Origin: a virus
Lineage: Duplodnaviria > Caudoviricetes
Length of the DNA: 39,118 bases
IMG/VR virus record: IMGVR_UViG_3300034341_000337
Location: 1 to 39,118 of that record
Reading direction: 5' to 3' (one strand)
Shown: piece by piece, positions 8,923 through 16,134 of the stretch
Layout: each line of letters starts with the position of its first letter
How positions within the stretch are numbered: position 1 is the stretch's first letter
Translations under genes and position numbers: made by a program
The notes under the pieces: model-generated
Told to the model about the DNA's origin: nothing
The model's database searches: none
The model's input: only the letters and a program-made list of their open reading frames with translations

Positions 8923-9578
8923 GTGCAGATGCGACAGATGAGACAGACGAAGATCAAGAGTCGCATGAAGAATTCAGCAAAGAAGAGCGCGCTGCTTTTG
9001 AACAAATTCTCGCAGAATTTGATGGAAAAGACATCCCTGCTTGCGATGAGTTTACGCCGATAAATATAGACGACGAATTAAAGAAGACAGAACAGCGTAT
9101 AGCGGAAAACATAACTGCTGCATTAAAAAAGACAGAAGAAATGTATAAAAAGGAAAGAAAAATGAACCTGCTAAAAATAGCCCCAGCTCTGCCGACTATG
9201 GCAATTCCGTTTGGTATTTATTGCGTATTGTCTGCGTTAACCAGCGTGGACTTGATAGATATCATATTTATCCCGACGCTCGTTGGAACGCCAATCGGCC
9301 TGACGGGTGGCGAGTTTATCGTCGGTCTTGGCATCATTGCGCTGGGCGTCGAGATAGCAAAGTCAGTCAGCATCAAGAATATCAGCACAGCCGATCACGC
9401 ATTCTCTACCGTGCTGCTGACGCTCATGGTGCTGCTAGTCTTTGCCGTCAATGGTTTCCAGAATGCCAGCTTTCTTGCGCTGGTGATGCTACAGGCGCTC
9501 GACGTACTGGCTGGTGTGCTTGTGACACTAAGCGTTGCGCGGCGTGACTTTGGCTTTCCGGGCATTGGGAGCGACTAA
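8919..9578 (+). CDS. Acidic N-terminal domain fused to a multi-pass membrane domain; probable internal start at 9162
   Basis: About 4 hydrophobic segments ending LDVLAG...ARRDFG; in-frame ATG 9162 preceded by AAGGAAAG. Confidence 0.75.
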   Translation: MSADATDETDEDQESHEEFSKEERAAFEQILAEFDGKDIPACDEFTPINIDDELKKTEQRIAENITAALKKTEEMYKKERKMNLLKIAPALPTMAIPFGIYCVLSALTSVDLIDIIFIPTLVGTPIGLTGGEFIVGLGIIALGVEIAKSVSIKNISTADHAFSTVLLTLMVLLVFAVNGFQNASFLALVMLQALDVLAGVLVTLSVARRDFGFPGIGSD

Positions 9579-9838
9579 TGACTAAAGGCAAAATGAAAGA
9601 GTGGACACATGATGAGGAAATGGACCTTATCAATTTAACAAGAGACGGCTGGACATTGCGGCAGCTTGCAGAGAGGTTTGGCGTCAGTCGATCAGCAATT
9701 GCTGGTAAACAGAACCGGCTGGACGTTCGTAAGAACAGATCGCCAGCGTCGGATGGGTCCATAAATCATAAAGATCCTTGGAACCCGGCTAGAGATCCAA
9801 AGCCAGACATGGGGGTTAAAATTGTTTTACAAAAGTAA
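9578..9838 (+). CDS. gcrA: GcrA-like protein (N-terminal DNA-binding domain only)
   Basis: WT.....L..L...G.....LA..FGVSRSAIAGK.NRL matches the GcrA N-terminal consensus; the Cys-containing C-terminal domain is absent. Confidence 0.72.
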   Translation: MTKGKMKEWTHDEEMDLINLTRDGWTLRQLAERFGVSRSAIAGKQNRLDVRKNRSPASDGSINHKDPWNPARDPKPDMGVKIVLQK

Positions 9839-10103
9839 ATTGAAGAAGTGCATAGAAGTTGCACAGCCTTACTTCGAAGACGAAATTACAATTGAGAGAT
9901 TACAGAACAGAAGACGCACGAAGGACCATGTCCTGCCAAGATTTTTTGTAATGGGACTTCTGGATAAGAGCAGTCAGTACAGCAGGCGACAGATAGCCAA
10001 CATGCTTAACATGAAAGATCACACTAGCATTTTGCACGGGTGTAATCGTGCATATGAAATATGGGGTGATGAACTGTTTGAGGAATTGCAAACAAATGAT
10101 TGA
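9822..10103 (+). CDS. Stand-alone DnaA C-terminal (domain IV) HTH protein
   Basis: RRTK.HV.PR...M......S..QIA..L..KDHTSILHG matches the DnaA signature RDHTTV.H. Confidence 0.8.
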   Translation: MFYKSKLKKCIEVAQPYFEDEITIERLQNRRRTKDHVLPRFFVMGLLDKSSQYSRRQIANMLNMKDHTSILHGCNRAYEIWGDELFEELQTND

Positions 10104-10224
10104 TCTGAAAGTTATCTTGTTTGCGAAATGGCAAGAACTTTGTGCGTGGGTTTTTGTCGATGAGTACCCAGACGAAGAAAGACATTCGTTTTGGGAATGG
10201 TGGAAAATTAAAATGAGGGACTAA
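10096..10224 (+). CDS. Hypothetical Trp-rich peptide (42 aa; not in ORF track)
   Basis: MIDLKVILFAKWQELCAWVFVDEYPDEERHSFWEWWKIKMRD; overlaps the upstream stop. Confidence 0.5.
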   Translation: MIDLKVILFAKWQELCAWVFVDEYPDEERHSFWEWWKIKMRD

Positions 10225-10227
10225 CCA

Positions 10228-10392
10228 ATGGAACATTATGACTGGCCAACCAATGCAGAGCGAGCATTGGAAATACTAATCAAAGCTGATGACATTGAGT
10301 GGGAGAGCCACGGAAAAGAGGATGTATCGGATCTGCGTAAGCAGGTCACGGAACTGATGAAAGATCCGTATCACAGGGAGCCACCGTTTTGA
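10228..10392 (+). CDS. Hypothetical protein (54 aa; not in ORF track)
   Basis: SD GAGGGA; MEHYDWPTNAERALEILIKADD...REPPF; stop overlaps the next start. Confidence 0.6.
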   Translation: MEHYDWPTNAERALEILIKADDIEWESHGKEDVSDLRKQVTELMKDPYHREPPF

Positions 10393-10577
10393 CAGAGCAG
10401 AAGAAGATAAAAATCATAGTATATTACGATCCGAAACCTATTCCGATTCGAAGATTTGACTGGGAAGCCGTTGATTATGACACTCTGGATAACGCCTACG
10501 ACAGCGTTACAGGATTTGGCGCAACACAAGAAGAAGCAGTAGCTGATCTGATGGAGCGTCTTGATGACCTTGAGTAA
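10389..10577 (+). CDS. Hypothetical phage protein (PIP.R.FDW.A...G.GAT.EEA motif)
   Basis: Coupled TTG start; phage-like small-protein motif. Confidence 0.65.
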   Translation: MTEQKKIKIIVYYDPKPIPIRRFDWEAVDYDTLDNAYDSVTGFGATQEEAVADLMERLDDLE

Positions 10578-10737
10578 GGCAACACAACCCAGCTTCAGAG
10601 AAGCCTATTTTGAAACCTACGTTCCTAAGAAGGGCAAAGTGCCTCTAGGCAAGTGCGTGAAGTGGTTGGTGGTCGATGGCAAAGCCGTGCAATGTGGCAA
10701 GCCATGCAAGCGCCAGAGGTGTGATGATTGCGAGTGA
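10564..10737 (+). CDS. Small Cys-rich protein (57 aa; not in ORF track)
   Basis: SD GGAG; ...KCVKWLVVDGKAVQCGKPCKRQRCDDCE. Confidence 0.55.
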   Translation: MTLSKATQPSFREAYFETYVPKKGKVPLGKCVKWLVVDGKAVQCGKPCKRQRCDDCE

Positions 10738-10801
10738 TTTGACCGTATTTCAGTTTTTTAGTAATGCTTACGAACCTTGTTTGCAAACAGAGGATAAAAA
10801 C

Positions 10802-11008
10802 ATGGCACAAGTTGATCTACCTGAACCAAAAAACATTGGTGAGTGGGCCTTAGACCTGCTTATCGTAATCGCAGCAGTTAAGATTAGTTCGCTGTTCCTG
10901 CTAGCTCCGGGCGTAACAATTGGCGATCAGCCACTTGCTGTTGCGGCTGTCGCTGGTATTGGCGCACTAAGCTATAAGCTGGCACGTCGCTGGGTGGCGT
11001 TCAAATAA
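10802..11008 (+). CDS. Small two-TM membrane protein (68 aa)
   Basis: SD GAGGA before ATG 10802; two hydrophobic helices and a basic C-terminus; possible promoter -35 TTGACC at 10739. Confidence 0.7.
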   Translation: MAQVDLPEPKNIGEWALDLLIVIAAVKISSLFLLAPGVTIGDQPLAVAAVAGIGALSYKLARRWVAFK

Positions 11009-11286
11009 TGGACGAAGTTCTAGCGATCCTGGCTGAGAAGATTTCTGAAAAGGAAACAGAACTCAGCAAACTGCAATCAGCCTATGATTGTATCGCGGAC
11101 CTGTCTGCTGTTGTGGCTCCAGCCGTTGAGGAAGTCGAAGTAGACGACCTTGGCGACGAGCCAGTTGAAGAGACCGCAGCAGAAGCAGATCCAATGGAGG
11201 CGCTCGACGCCGCCGAACAAATCATAATCGACGCGACAGAAGATTATGACGAGGATCTCAACGAGGTTATGAAGCCTTACGAGTAA
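11008..11286 (+). CDS. Highly acidic protein with N-terminal coiled coil
   Basis: TAATG coupling; D/E-rich C-terminal half. Confidence 0.75.
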   Translation: MDEVLAILAEKISEKETELSKLQSAYDCIADLSAVVAPAVEEVEVDDLGDEPVEETAAEADPMEALDAAEQIIIDATEDYDEDLNEVMKPYE

Positions 11287-11291
11287 ACCGT

Positions 11292-11323
11292 TGGGGGCTG
11301 GGTCCGCCTAGCCCCTACATTTT
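11292..11323 (+). terminator. GC-rich hairpin, weak terminator or processing structure
   Basis: TGGGGGCTGGG-TCCG-CCTAGCCCCTA followed by CATTTT. Confidence 0.55.
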
Positions 11324-11332
11324 CGAGGTAAC

Positions 11333-11398
11333 ATGGAAACAGCCATCGTCATCATTTTAGCAATAGGCTGGTTCCTAATGGAGCTTACAGATGCTTGA
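11333..11398 (+). CDS. Single-TM micropeptide 1 (21 aa)
   Basis: SD GAGGT; METAIVIILAIGWFLMELTDA. Confidence 0.55.
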   Translation: METAIVIILAIGWFLMELTDA

Positions 11399-11465
11399 TC
11401 TAATTATCCTGTTTGGTGTCGGATACCTTATCTTTAAAGATTTCGTGACCAAAAAAGATGACTGA
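11391..11465 (+). CDS. Single-TM micropeptide 2 (24 aa)
   Basis: SD GGAG; 8-nt overlap with the previous ORF; MLDLIILFGVGYLIFKDFVTKKDD. Confidence 0.55.
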   Translation: MLDLIILFGVGYLIFKDFVTKKDD

Positions 11466-11574
11466 ATTATTTGCTACGATTGGCGTATGGGCTTTCATCA
11501 TCGCCGTGGGCTACATCATCTGCGAAATTGTCTGGCAGGGATATAGGTTCATATATAATCGCCTAAAAAAATAA
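11458..11574 (+). CDS. Single-TM micropeptide 3 (38 aa)
   Basis: 8-nt overlap with the previous ORF; MTELFATIGVWAFIIAVGYIICEIVWQGYRFIYNRLKK. Confidence 0.55.
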   Translation: MTELFATIGVWAFIIAVGYIICEIVWQGYRFIYNRLKK

Positions 11575-11577
11575 TTG

Positions 11578-11606
11578 TTGACACATGTTAAATGTTTATG
11601 TTCAAT
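11578..11606 (+). promoter_or_regulatory. Putative sigma70 promoter for the small RNA
   Basis: A-tract, then TTGACA 11578-11583, 17-nt spacer, TTCAAT 11601-11606. Confidence 0.55.
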
Positions 11607-11611
11607 CAAGA

Positions 11612-11701
11612 CTTAAGGATCTTAGTTAGTTCCTTTCTCCTTGGTAATGACGCTCTAAGGCCGCGCTTCTTCCCCCCCATTTGGAAGCGCGGCTTTTTTT
11701 T
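11612..11701 (+). ncRNA. Putative trans-acting anti-Shine-Dalgarno small RNA
   Basis: Non-coding segment between a promoter and a terminator; seed TTAGTTCCTTTCTCCTTGGTA is complementary to phage early-gene leaders; 5' end approximate. Confidence 0.6.
11660..11701 (+). terminator. Rho-independent terminator
   Basis: GCCGCGCTTCT / GGAAGCGCGGC stem, C-rich loop, 8 T; sits where the early and late arms converge. Confidence 0.88.
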
Positions 11702-12188
11702 ATTCCGTATAATTAAGCCTGGCCTCCAGCTCCATCAACGCGATCTCATCTGATGTTGGCAACATGCGAGGCATTGGCAGCTCTGGCTCTAGCTCTCTGC
11801 CTAACGTCATGTAGCGAGGACGAGGCTGAGGGCAGATGCTGGCCTTGAACTCAAACGCACGCTCGATGTCTGTCTCCCCACGCTCCATGCAATACGGGTC
11901 CATACGAGATCGGCTACTGCATATCTCTAAACGTGTCGGGCTGTACGGCGCAGCACATAGCGTCTTACCTGCGTTCAAGTATGTATGCTCATTGATCGCC
12001 CAGTCCAAGCACCAGCTCAATGTGTAGATTGTAACTACTGTAATGCCCCCTGCAAACAAAATCATTGTGCTATCAGCCATCAGGCTTAAAGCCTTGGCTA
12101 GTTTTGGACGCTCCCTAAAATCATGGCGCACGATTTTTCTGGCGAACGGCTCTCGCTCATTCGCCATTGGCATTAGCTGGCGCGGCAT
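11700..12188 (-). CDS. Hypothetical membrane-anchored Cys-containing protein
   Basis: One TM segment (MILFAGGITVVTIYTLSW); last gene of the late unit. Confidence 0.7.
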   Translation of the reverse strand: MPRQLMPMANEREPFARKIVRHDFRERPKLAKALSLMADSTMILFAGGITVVTIYTLSWCLDWAINEHTYLNAGKTLCAAPYSPTRLEICSSRSRMDPYCMERGETDIERAFEFKASICPQPRPRYMTLGRELEPELPMPRMLPTSDEIALMELEARLNYTE

Positions 12189-12189
12189 A

Positions 12190-12417
12190 TCAGGTGCCGC
12201 AGGCTGCTAGGATTTTAGTGTTTAGCCGGAAGATTTTGATCGCAGTCTCGTCCGTGTCGTAGATGTTTTCACGACTTTCAAAGTCGCCATCTTTATCACG
12301 CATCGAATATTCAATCGGCTGGATCTGATCGCACAGTGGCTCCGCGATTGTAACTACTGGCTCTGGCAGCGTCGCGCAGTTCGTCACTACTAAGAGCGTC
12401 AAGCTCCCTGCCAGCAT
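12190..12417 (-). CDS. Putative o-spanin (Rz1-like lipoprotein)
   Basis: MLAGSLTLLVVTN-C signal/lipobox-like sequence; overlaps the upstream TM gene; follows the endolysin. Confidence 0.6.
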   Translation of the reverse strand: MLAGSLTLLVVTNCATLPEPVVTIAEPLCDQIQPIEYSMRDKDGDFESRENIYDTDETAIKIFRLNTKILAACGT

Positions 12418-12607
12418 CTTCCATTTTCTCAATAATCTCATTGGTCTTTTCATTTACAGCCTCACTGACTTCGAGCCTACCCTGCACACGACCCTTGCGG
12501 CGTTGGTAGGCGTTGTTTGTCTTCCAAAATATAAGAAACCCCAACAACCCAGCAATGGCCTGCGCTATCGGGTTCCTCGCTAAGAAGTTAAATATTCCGA
12601 ACAGCAT
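12311..12607 (-). CDS. Putative i-spanin (Rz-like)
   Basis: N-terminal TM helix plus coiled-coil; directly after the endolysin. Confidence 0.6.
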   Translation of the reverse strand: MLFGIFNFLARNPIAQAIAGLLGFLIFWKTNNAYQRRKGRVQGRLEVSEAVNEKTNEIIEKMEDAGRELDALSSDELRDAARASSYNRGATVRSDPAD

Positions 12608-12619
12608 GTCAAGTGTCCC

Positions 12620-13594
12620 TTACACCAATAATGATTCAGCTTCTTGCCTGCCGCGCCACTTTTTCCATTTCCCGTATTCCACGATAATGTAACCCGTGAC
12701 GGCGACCGCAGCGACAACAAACAAGGCCACCAGCGCGTTGCTTAGAACAGGATCTGCACCAACAAAACCAAACGATCCGATACCCAGACCAGCGCCTACG
12801 CGCACAACGGATGTCCCGACTTGCTCGTAAACGTGACCCATGACGCGCTTGCTATCTTCCAGACTTTTGACCGGACGCTCTTGGTTAACAGCATATGGAA
12901 CCTGCTCGGCTGGAACAGCAATCGTGGGCTGAGATGGGCTGACAGGGGCAGCACTAGGTGTCGGTGGGGGCAGAGCAGGTGTTTCGCGTTCTTCGCGTGG
13001 GGTGACGCGGTTCAGCTCTGTCTCGTTAGCCTCTTGCGTCGTCATGCCCTGCTGAACCTTCTGGACGTAAGGATCGACCCAGTCCGCCAGAGATCGCCAG
13101 TTTGTCTGCCACGTCGCTTCCAGTGCTGCCTGCCAAGGCAAACCATGCCACAGCAAAACTTCCGCCAGGCGGCGTCTATATAGCCCCAGCAAGCGCCTGC
13201 CGCCCGCCAGGCGATACTTCACCCACTGATCGCTGATTTCCTCTATAGGCGCATCCTCGACGATCAGGCGCTTAAGCGTCGGCCACTTCGCTGAGTTGCT
13301 GCCGATGTTGTGAATGAACGAGCCAAGCGCATCACGCTGATTAGCTTGCAGCCCAAGACTTCCAAAGTGCTGATCAATGGCTGGCTCAACATGACGGCGC
13401 ACATGATAGGTCAGCTCCATCTCTGCGCTGAACAGATCGGTTTCGTCACCAATACCTACTGGCTGTCCGTCGCGGTAAATGGTCGTGCCAAAGCCAATCG
13501 TTGGACGACCGGCAGGGCAGAAATATGCGCTAGGTCTAAACCCTTCAAACTGGGTTATTAGGTTCGTGCATTGGCTCGTCGTCGTTGACATCAT
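12620..13594 (-). CDS. GH24 phage lysozyme (endolysin) with Pro-rich linker and C-terminal TM helices
   Basis: FEGFRPSAYFCPAGRPTIGFG (E-x8-C-x5-T triad), ALGSF.HNIG, GL.RRR.AE. Confidence 0.9.
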   Translation of the reverse strand: MMSTTTSQCTNLITQFEGFRPSAYFCPAGRPTIGFGTTIYRDGQPVGIGDETDLFSAEMELTYHVRRHVEPAIDQHFGSLGLQANQRDALGSFIHNIGSNSAKWPTLKRLIVEDAPIEEISDQWVKYRLAGGRRLLGLYRRRLAEVLLWHGLPWQAALEATWQTNWRSLADWVDPYVQKVQQGMTTQEANETELNRVTPREERETPALPPPTPSAAPVSPSQPTIAVPAEQVPYAVNQERPVKSLEDSKRVMGHVYEQVGTSVVRVGAGLGIGSFGFVGADPVLSNALVALFVVAAVAVTGYIIVEYGKWKKWRGRQEAESLLV

Positions 13595-14780
13595 CGACCT
13601 CTTCTTCTGAAACTTCTTCGTCTACCGCTTCAGGCTTCTTCTCGTCCTCAAATATTTCTTTCATCTCACGATCGTCAAGCCAATCCTTGAGGTAGGCTTT
13701 CATCGCAGTCAGGCTCCAGCCGTAAGACTTAGCTACTGTCTCAGGGCTGTCCCCAGCCTTACGCGCATTCGTAATGTCCCTAATGCGTGCAACCCACCAC
13801 TGCCTGCTCTGCTCAATCTTTGTGCCACGCCTGCGCGTTGTTGCACCTTTCTTAGCCGCCTGAGACCGTTTTTCAAAGCGTTCTCGCTCAACCTGCTGGC
13901 TTTTCTCTCGATCAGCCAAGTGCATTGTGTACAATCTTTCCGGCAAGAATATGACCAGCGCCTCCGCTAGTAGCACCCAGAAGATGATAAACGTAATCGC
14001 ACACAGATAGATCGCCCAGTCGGTCGGTTCCTTGCTCCACGTCGCAAGCTGCGCCAATCCGACAAACAATGGAGCCCAAGGCTTCGCTGTAGCCGTCTCT
14101 TCCACAGCATCAGTTCGCGCATCGTTTCGACTTGCAACAAGATCAAGGATCTGATCATCAATCGCTCGCTTGTCCGCTGCCGCCAAGTCCTGCAACATCG
14201 TCCGGCGCTCACGGCTATCATCAGCCAAGTCATCATTGTTCAGGCCATCGGTGATATATTGTCGGATCTCGGCGTTGAGGCTATTAACCGCCGCATTGGT
14301 ATCCGCATCAATCTGCGCCTTACGCGCCTCCAACGTAGCAATCAATTCAGTGTTAGATTCAACTTCAATCGTTGCAATCTGGCGCGTGGCAAGCGCCTGC
14401 TCACGTCTATCTGATAGCGCCTCAAAGCCAAACCCGAAGGCGTGTAGACACACGATAACAGATGCAAACACGCCTAGCGCGTTGAATGTCCATCCGCCTT
14501 TCACACCTTGATACGCGCACCGCGCTGCGGCCATTAAGAACGAGGCTGCAAAGAACCTGTACACCCAGCCCATAGCCTGAAAGCTAAGAGGTGCAATGCT
14601 GTCAGGTGCAAGCGCACGACTGAACTTGCCGTCGATGTAGAGAAGAACAATGAAAGCGCCTGTCACCACGCCCCACAAAATGATGTAGAGCCAGCCCGTT
14701 ACAAACACTGTGACGAACTGATCGCGCATGTATCGCAACGCGCTCAACCAAGTGATACGATCTTCTTCGTGTTCTGACAT
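13545..14780 (-). CDS. Multi-pass membrane protein with coiled coil and C-terminal basic/HTH-like region
   Basis: 3 N-terminal TMs, coiled coil, a further TM, RSQAAKKGATTRRR; start ATG 14780 after SD GAGGT. Confidence 0.75.
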   Translation of the reverse strand: MSEHEEDRITWLSALRYMRDQFVTVFVTGWLYIILWGVVTGAFIVLLYIDGKFSRALAPDSIAPLSFQAMGWVYRFFAASFLMAAARCAYQGVKGGWTFNALGVFASVIVCLHAFGFGFEALSDRREQALATRQIATIEVESNTELIATLEARKAQIDADTNAAVNSLNAEIRQYITDGLNNDDLADDSRERRTMLQDLAAADKRAIDDQILDLVASRNDARTDAVEETATAKPWAPLFVGLAQLATWSKEPTDWAIYLCAITFIIFWVLLAEALVIFLPERLYTMHLADREKSQQVERERFEKRSQAAKKGATTRRRGTKIEQSRQWWVARIRDITNARKAGDSPETVAKSYGWSLTAMKAYLKDWLDDREMKEIFEDEKKPEAVDEEVSEEEVDDVNDDEPMHEPNNPV

Positions 14781-14788
14781 ATTGACCT

Positions 14789-15214
14789 CTAGAAAATAGC
14801 TAACAGGAAACGTGCAGCCGCCCACACGGTGTCTGGATTTTGATATACCATGAAGCCACTGAATAGCGCAATGACCAGCCAGTTAGCCTTCAGCCATGAC
14901 CTCAGATCACCACCCTTTTTGCGCGGCATTCCATCAGGACCGATCTCTAAACCAGCAGCCTCTAGCTCCATGATCTTAATTCTCATGCGCTCTTCTTCGT
15001 GTTTCTGTAGCGCCTCCCGTATGAGGTTGGGCAGCTCGGCTTTCTGTAGCGCCCATGCCGCCTCCACATCTCCGCGTAAGTAAGGCTTCACACTTTCCGC
15101 GATTGCAGAGGCGGTGGGCAGCTGCCCGATCTTATTCTCAAGCCCTCGCACCTCGACTGTCAACCGATCAATCTCGGTCCAGACACGCTGTGGTGGGCTA
15201 ACATCTTTCATCAA
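14789..15214 (-). CDS. Hypothetical membrane protein (C-terminal TM), possibly lysis-related
   Basis: Coiled N-terminus, hydrophobic C-terminus; holin-like position. Confidence 0.65.
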   Translation of the reverse strand: MMKDVSPPQRVWTEIDRLTVEVRGLENKIGQLPTASAIAESVKPYLRGDVEAAWALQKAELPNLIREALQKHEEERMRIKIMELEAAGLEIGPDGMPRKKGGDLRSWLKANWLVIALFSGFMVYQNPDTVWAAARFLLAIF

Positions 15215-16131
15215 GTCACGCGGATCGCCATAACAATACAGCGACCAGATGTCCTAAACGCTGAATTCTGTGAGTATGGATTGAATGTTGTTCCACCTGC
15301 AAGTGTGCTTGCAAATAGACCGCCACAATGCCCAGTATCATCAAGCAATGTTGTATTACCTGTTCCTAATCTGTCAGAGTCATCGGCTCCATAGGCAATG
15401 GCTATAGTTGTCCATGTCCCGCCTGATGGCAGTGTAACTCCAGAGACTCCATCAAGATTAGTTGAGCCAACAAAAATAGCACCAATCTTGGTTGTATCTG
15501 TCGTGGCAATGCCTTCGCTCAAAATGGCCAACGCGCCTAGACCAAGATTAGTTCTAGCTGCGGCGGGTGTGCCTCCGCCCGTGCCACCATCTGCAACTGC
15601 CAGATCGGTTATGCCCGTGATTGTGCCGCCCGTGATCTGCACGTTGTTGGCGTCCTGATGCGCCATCTTAGTCGGACCAAGATCAAGATTAGCCCTTGCT
15701 GACGCTGCATTACCTGCACCCGTGCCGCCAGAAGCAATCTCAAGCGGTGACGTAAGACCGCTAATAGAGCCACCCGTGATCGACACAGCATTGCTGTTCT
15801 GGCTAGCCATAGAGCCAAGCGTCGATGTAGCGCCGTAGGTGTTATTCAGTGCGCTATAGACCAGCGTTCCAGTAACCGTTCTAACCGTCAGGCTGAAGTC
15901 ACTGGAGCCTGTGACGTACAACATGCCCGGAGAGCCGCTATAAGAAGGATAGCCACCAACAGTTCTGATCGGCTGACTGGCAGGTATCGTTCCACCCTCG
16001 TCCCAGAAAACAGAGATAGGATTAGTCTCAGCATCAGAACCCGCCGTGCCAATGTAGATGTAACCATTCTCCAAAGGACCACCAGTTGTGTCACGATAGT
16101 TTGGGTAGCTAGGTAATACTCTGATAGCCAT
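15211..16131 (-). CDS. Tail fibre with P22 tailspike head-binding-like N-terminus
   Basis: G.PLENGYIYIG...NPI.VFWD...QPIRT..GYP; repeated GGTG...AAR.NL and N.V.ITGG.I.G fibre motifs. Confidence 0.8.
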   Translation of the reverse strand: MAIRVLPSYPNYRDTTGGPLENGYIYIGTAGSDAETNPISVFWDEGGTIPASQPIRTVGGYPSYSGSPGMLYVTGSSDFSLTVRTVTGTLVYSALNNTYGATSTLGSMASQNSNAVSITGGSISGLTSPLEIASGGTGAGNAASARANLDLGPTKMAHQDANNVQITGGTITGITDLAVADGGTGGGTPAAARTNLGLGALAILSEGIATTDTTKIGAIFVGSTNLDGVSGVTLPSGGTWTTIAIAYGADDSDRLGTGNTTLLDDTGHCGGLFASTLAGGTTFNPYSQNSAFRTSGRCIVMAIRVT

Positions 16132-16134
16132 GAT

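Noticed and set aside
11580-11650. Reading the sRNA seed as a - strand RBS (AAGGAGAAAGGA) for a hidden gene
   Set aside because: No start codon at usable spacing (the nearest TTG is about 20 nt away), and the promoter and terminator face the + strand.
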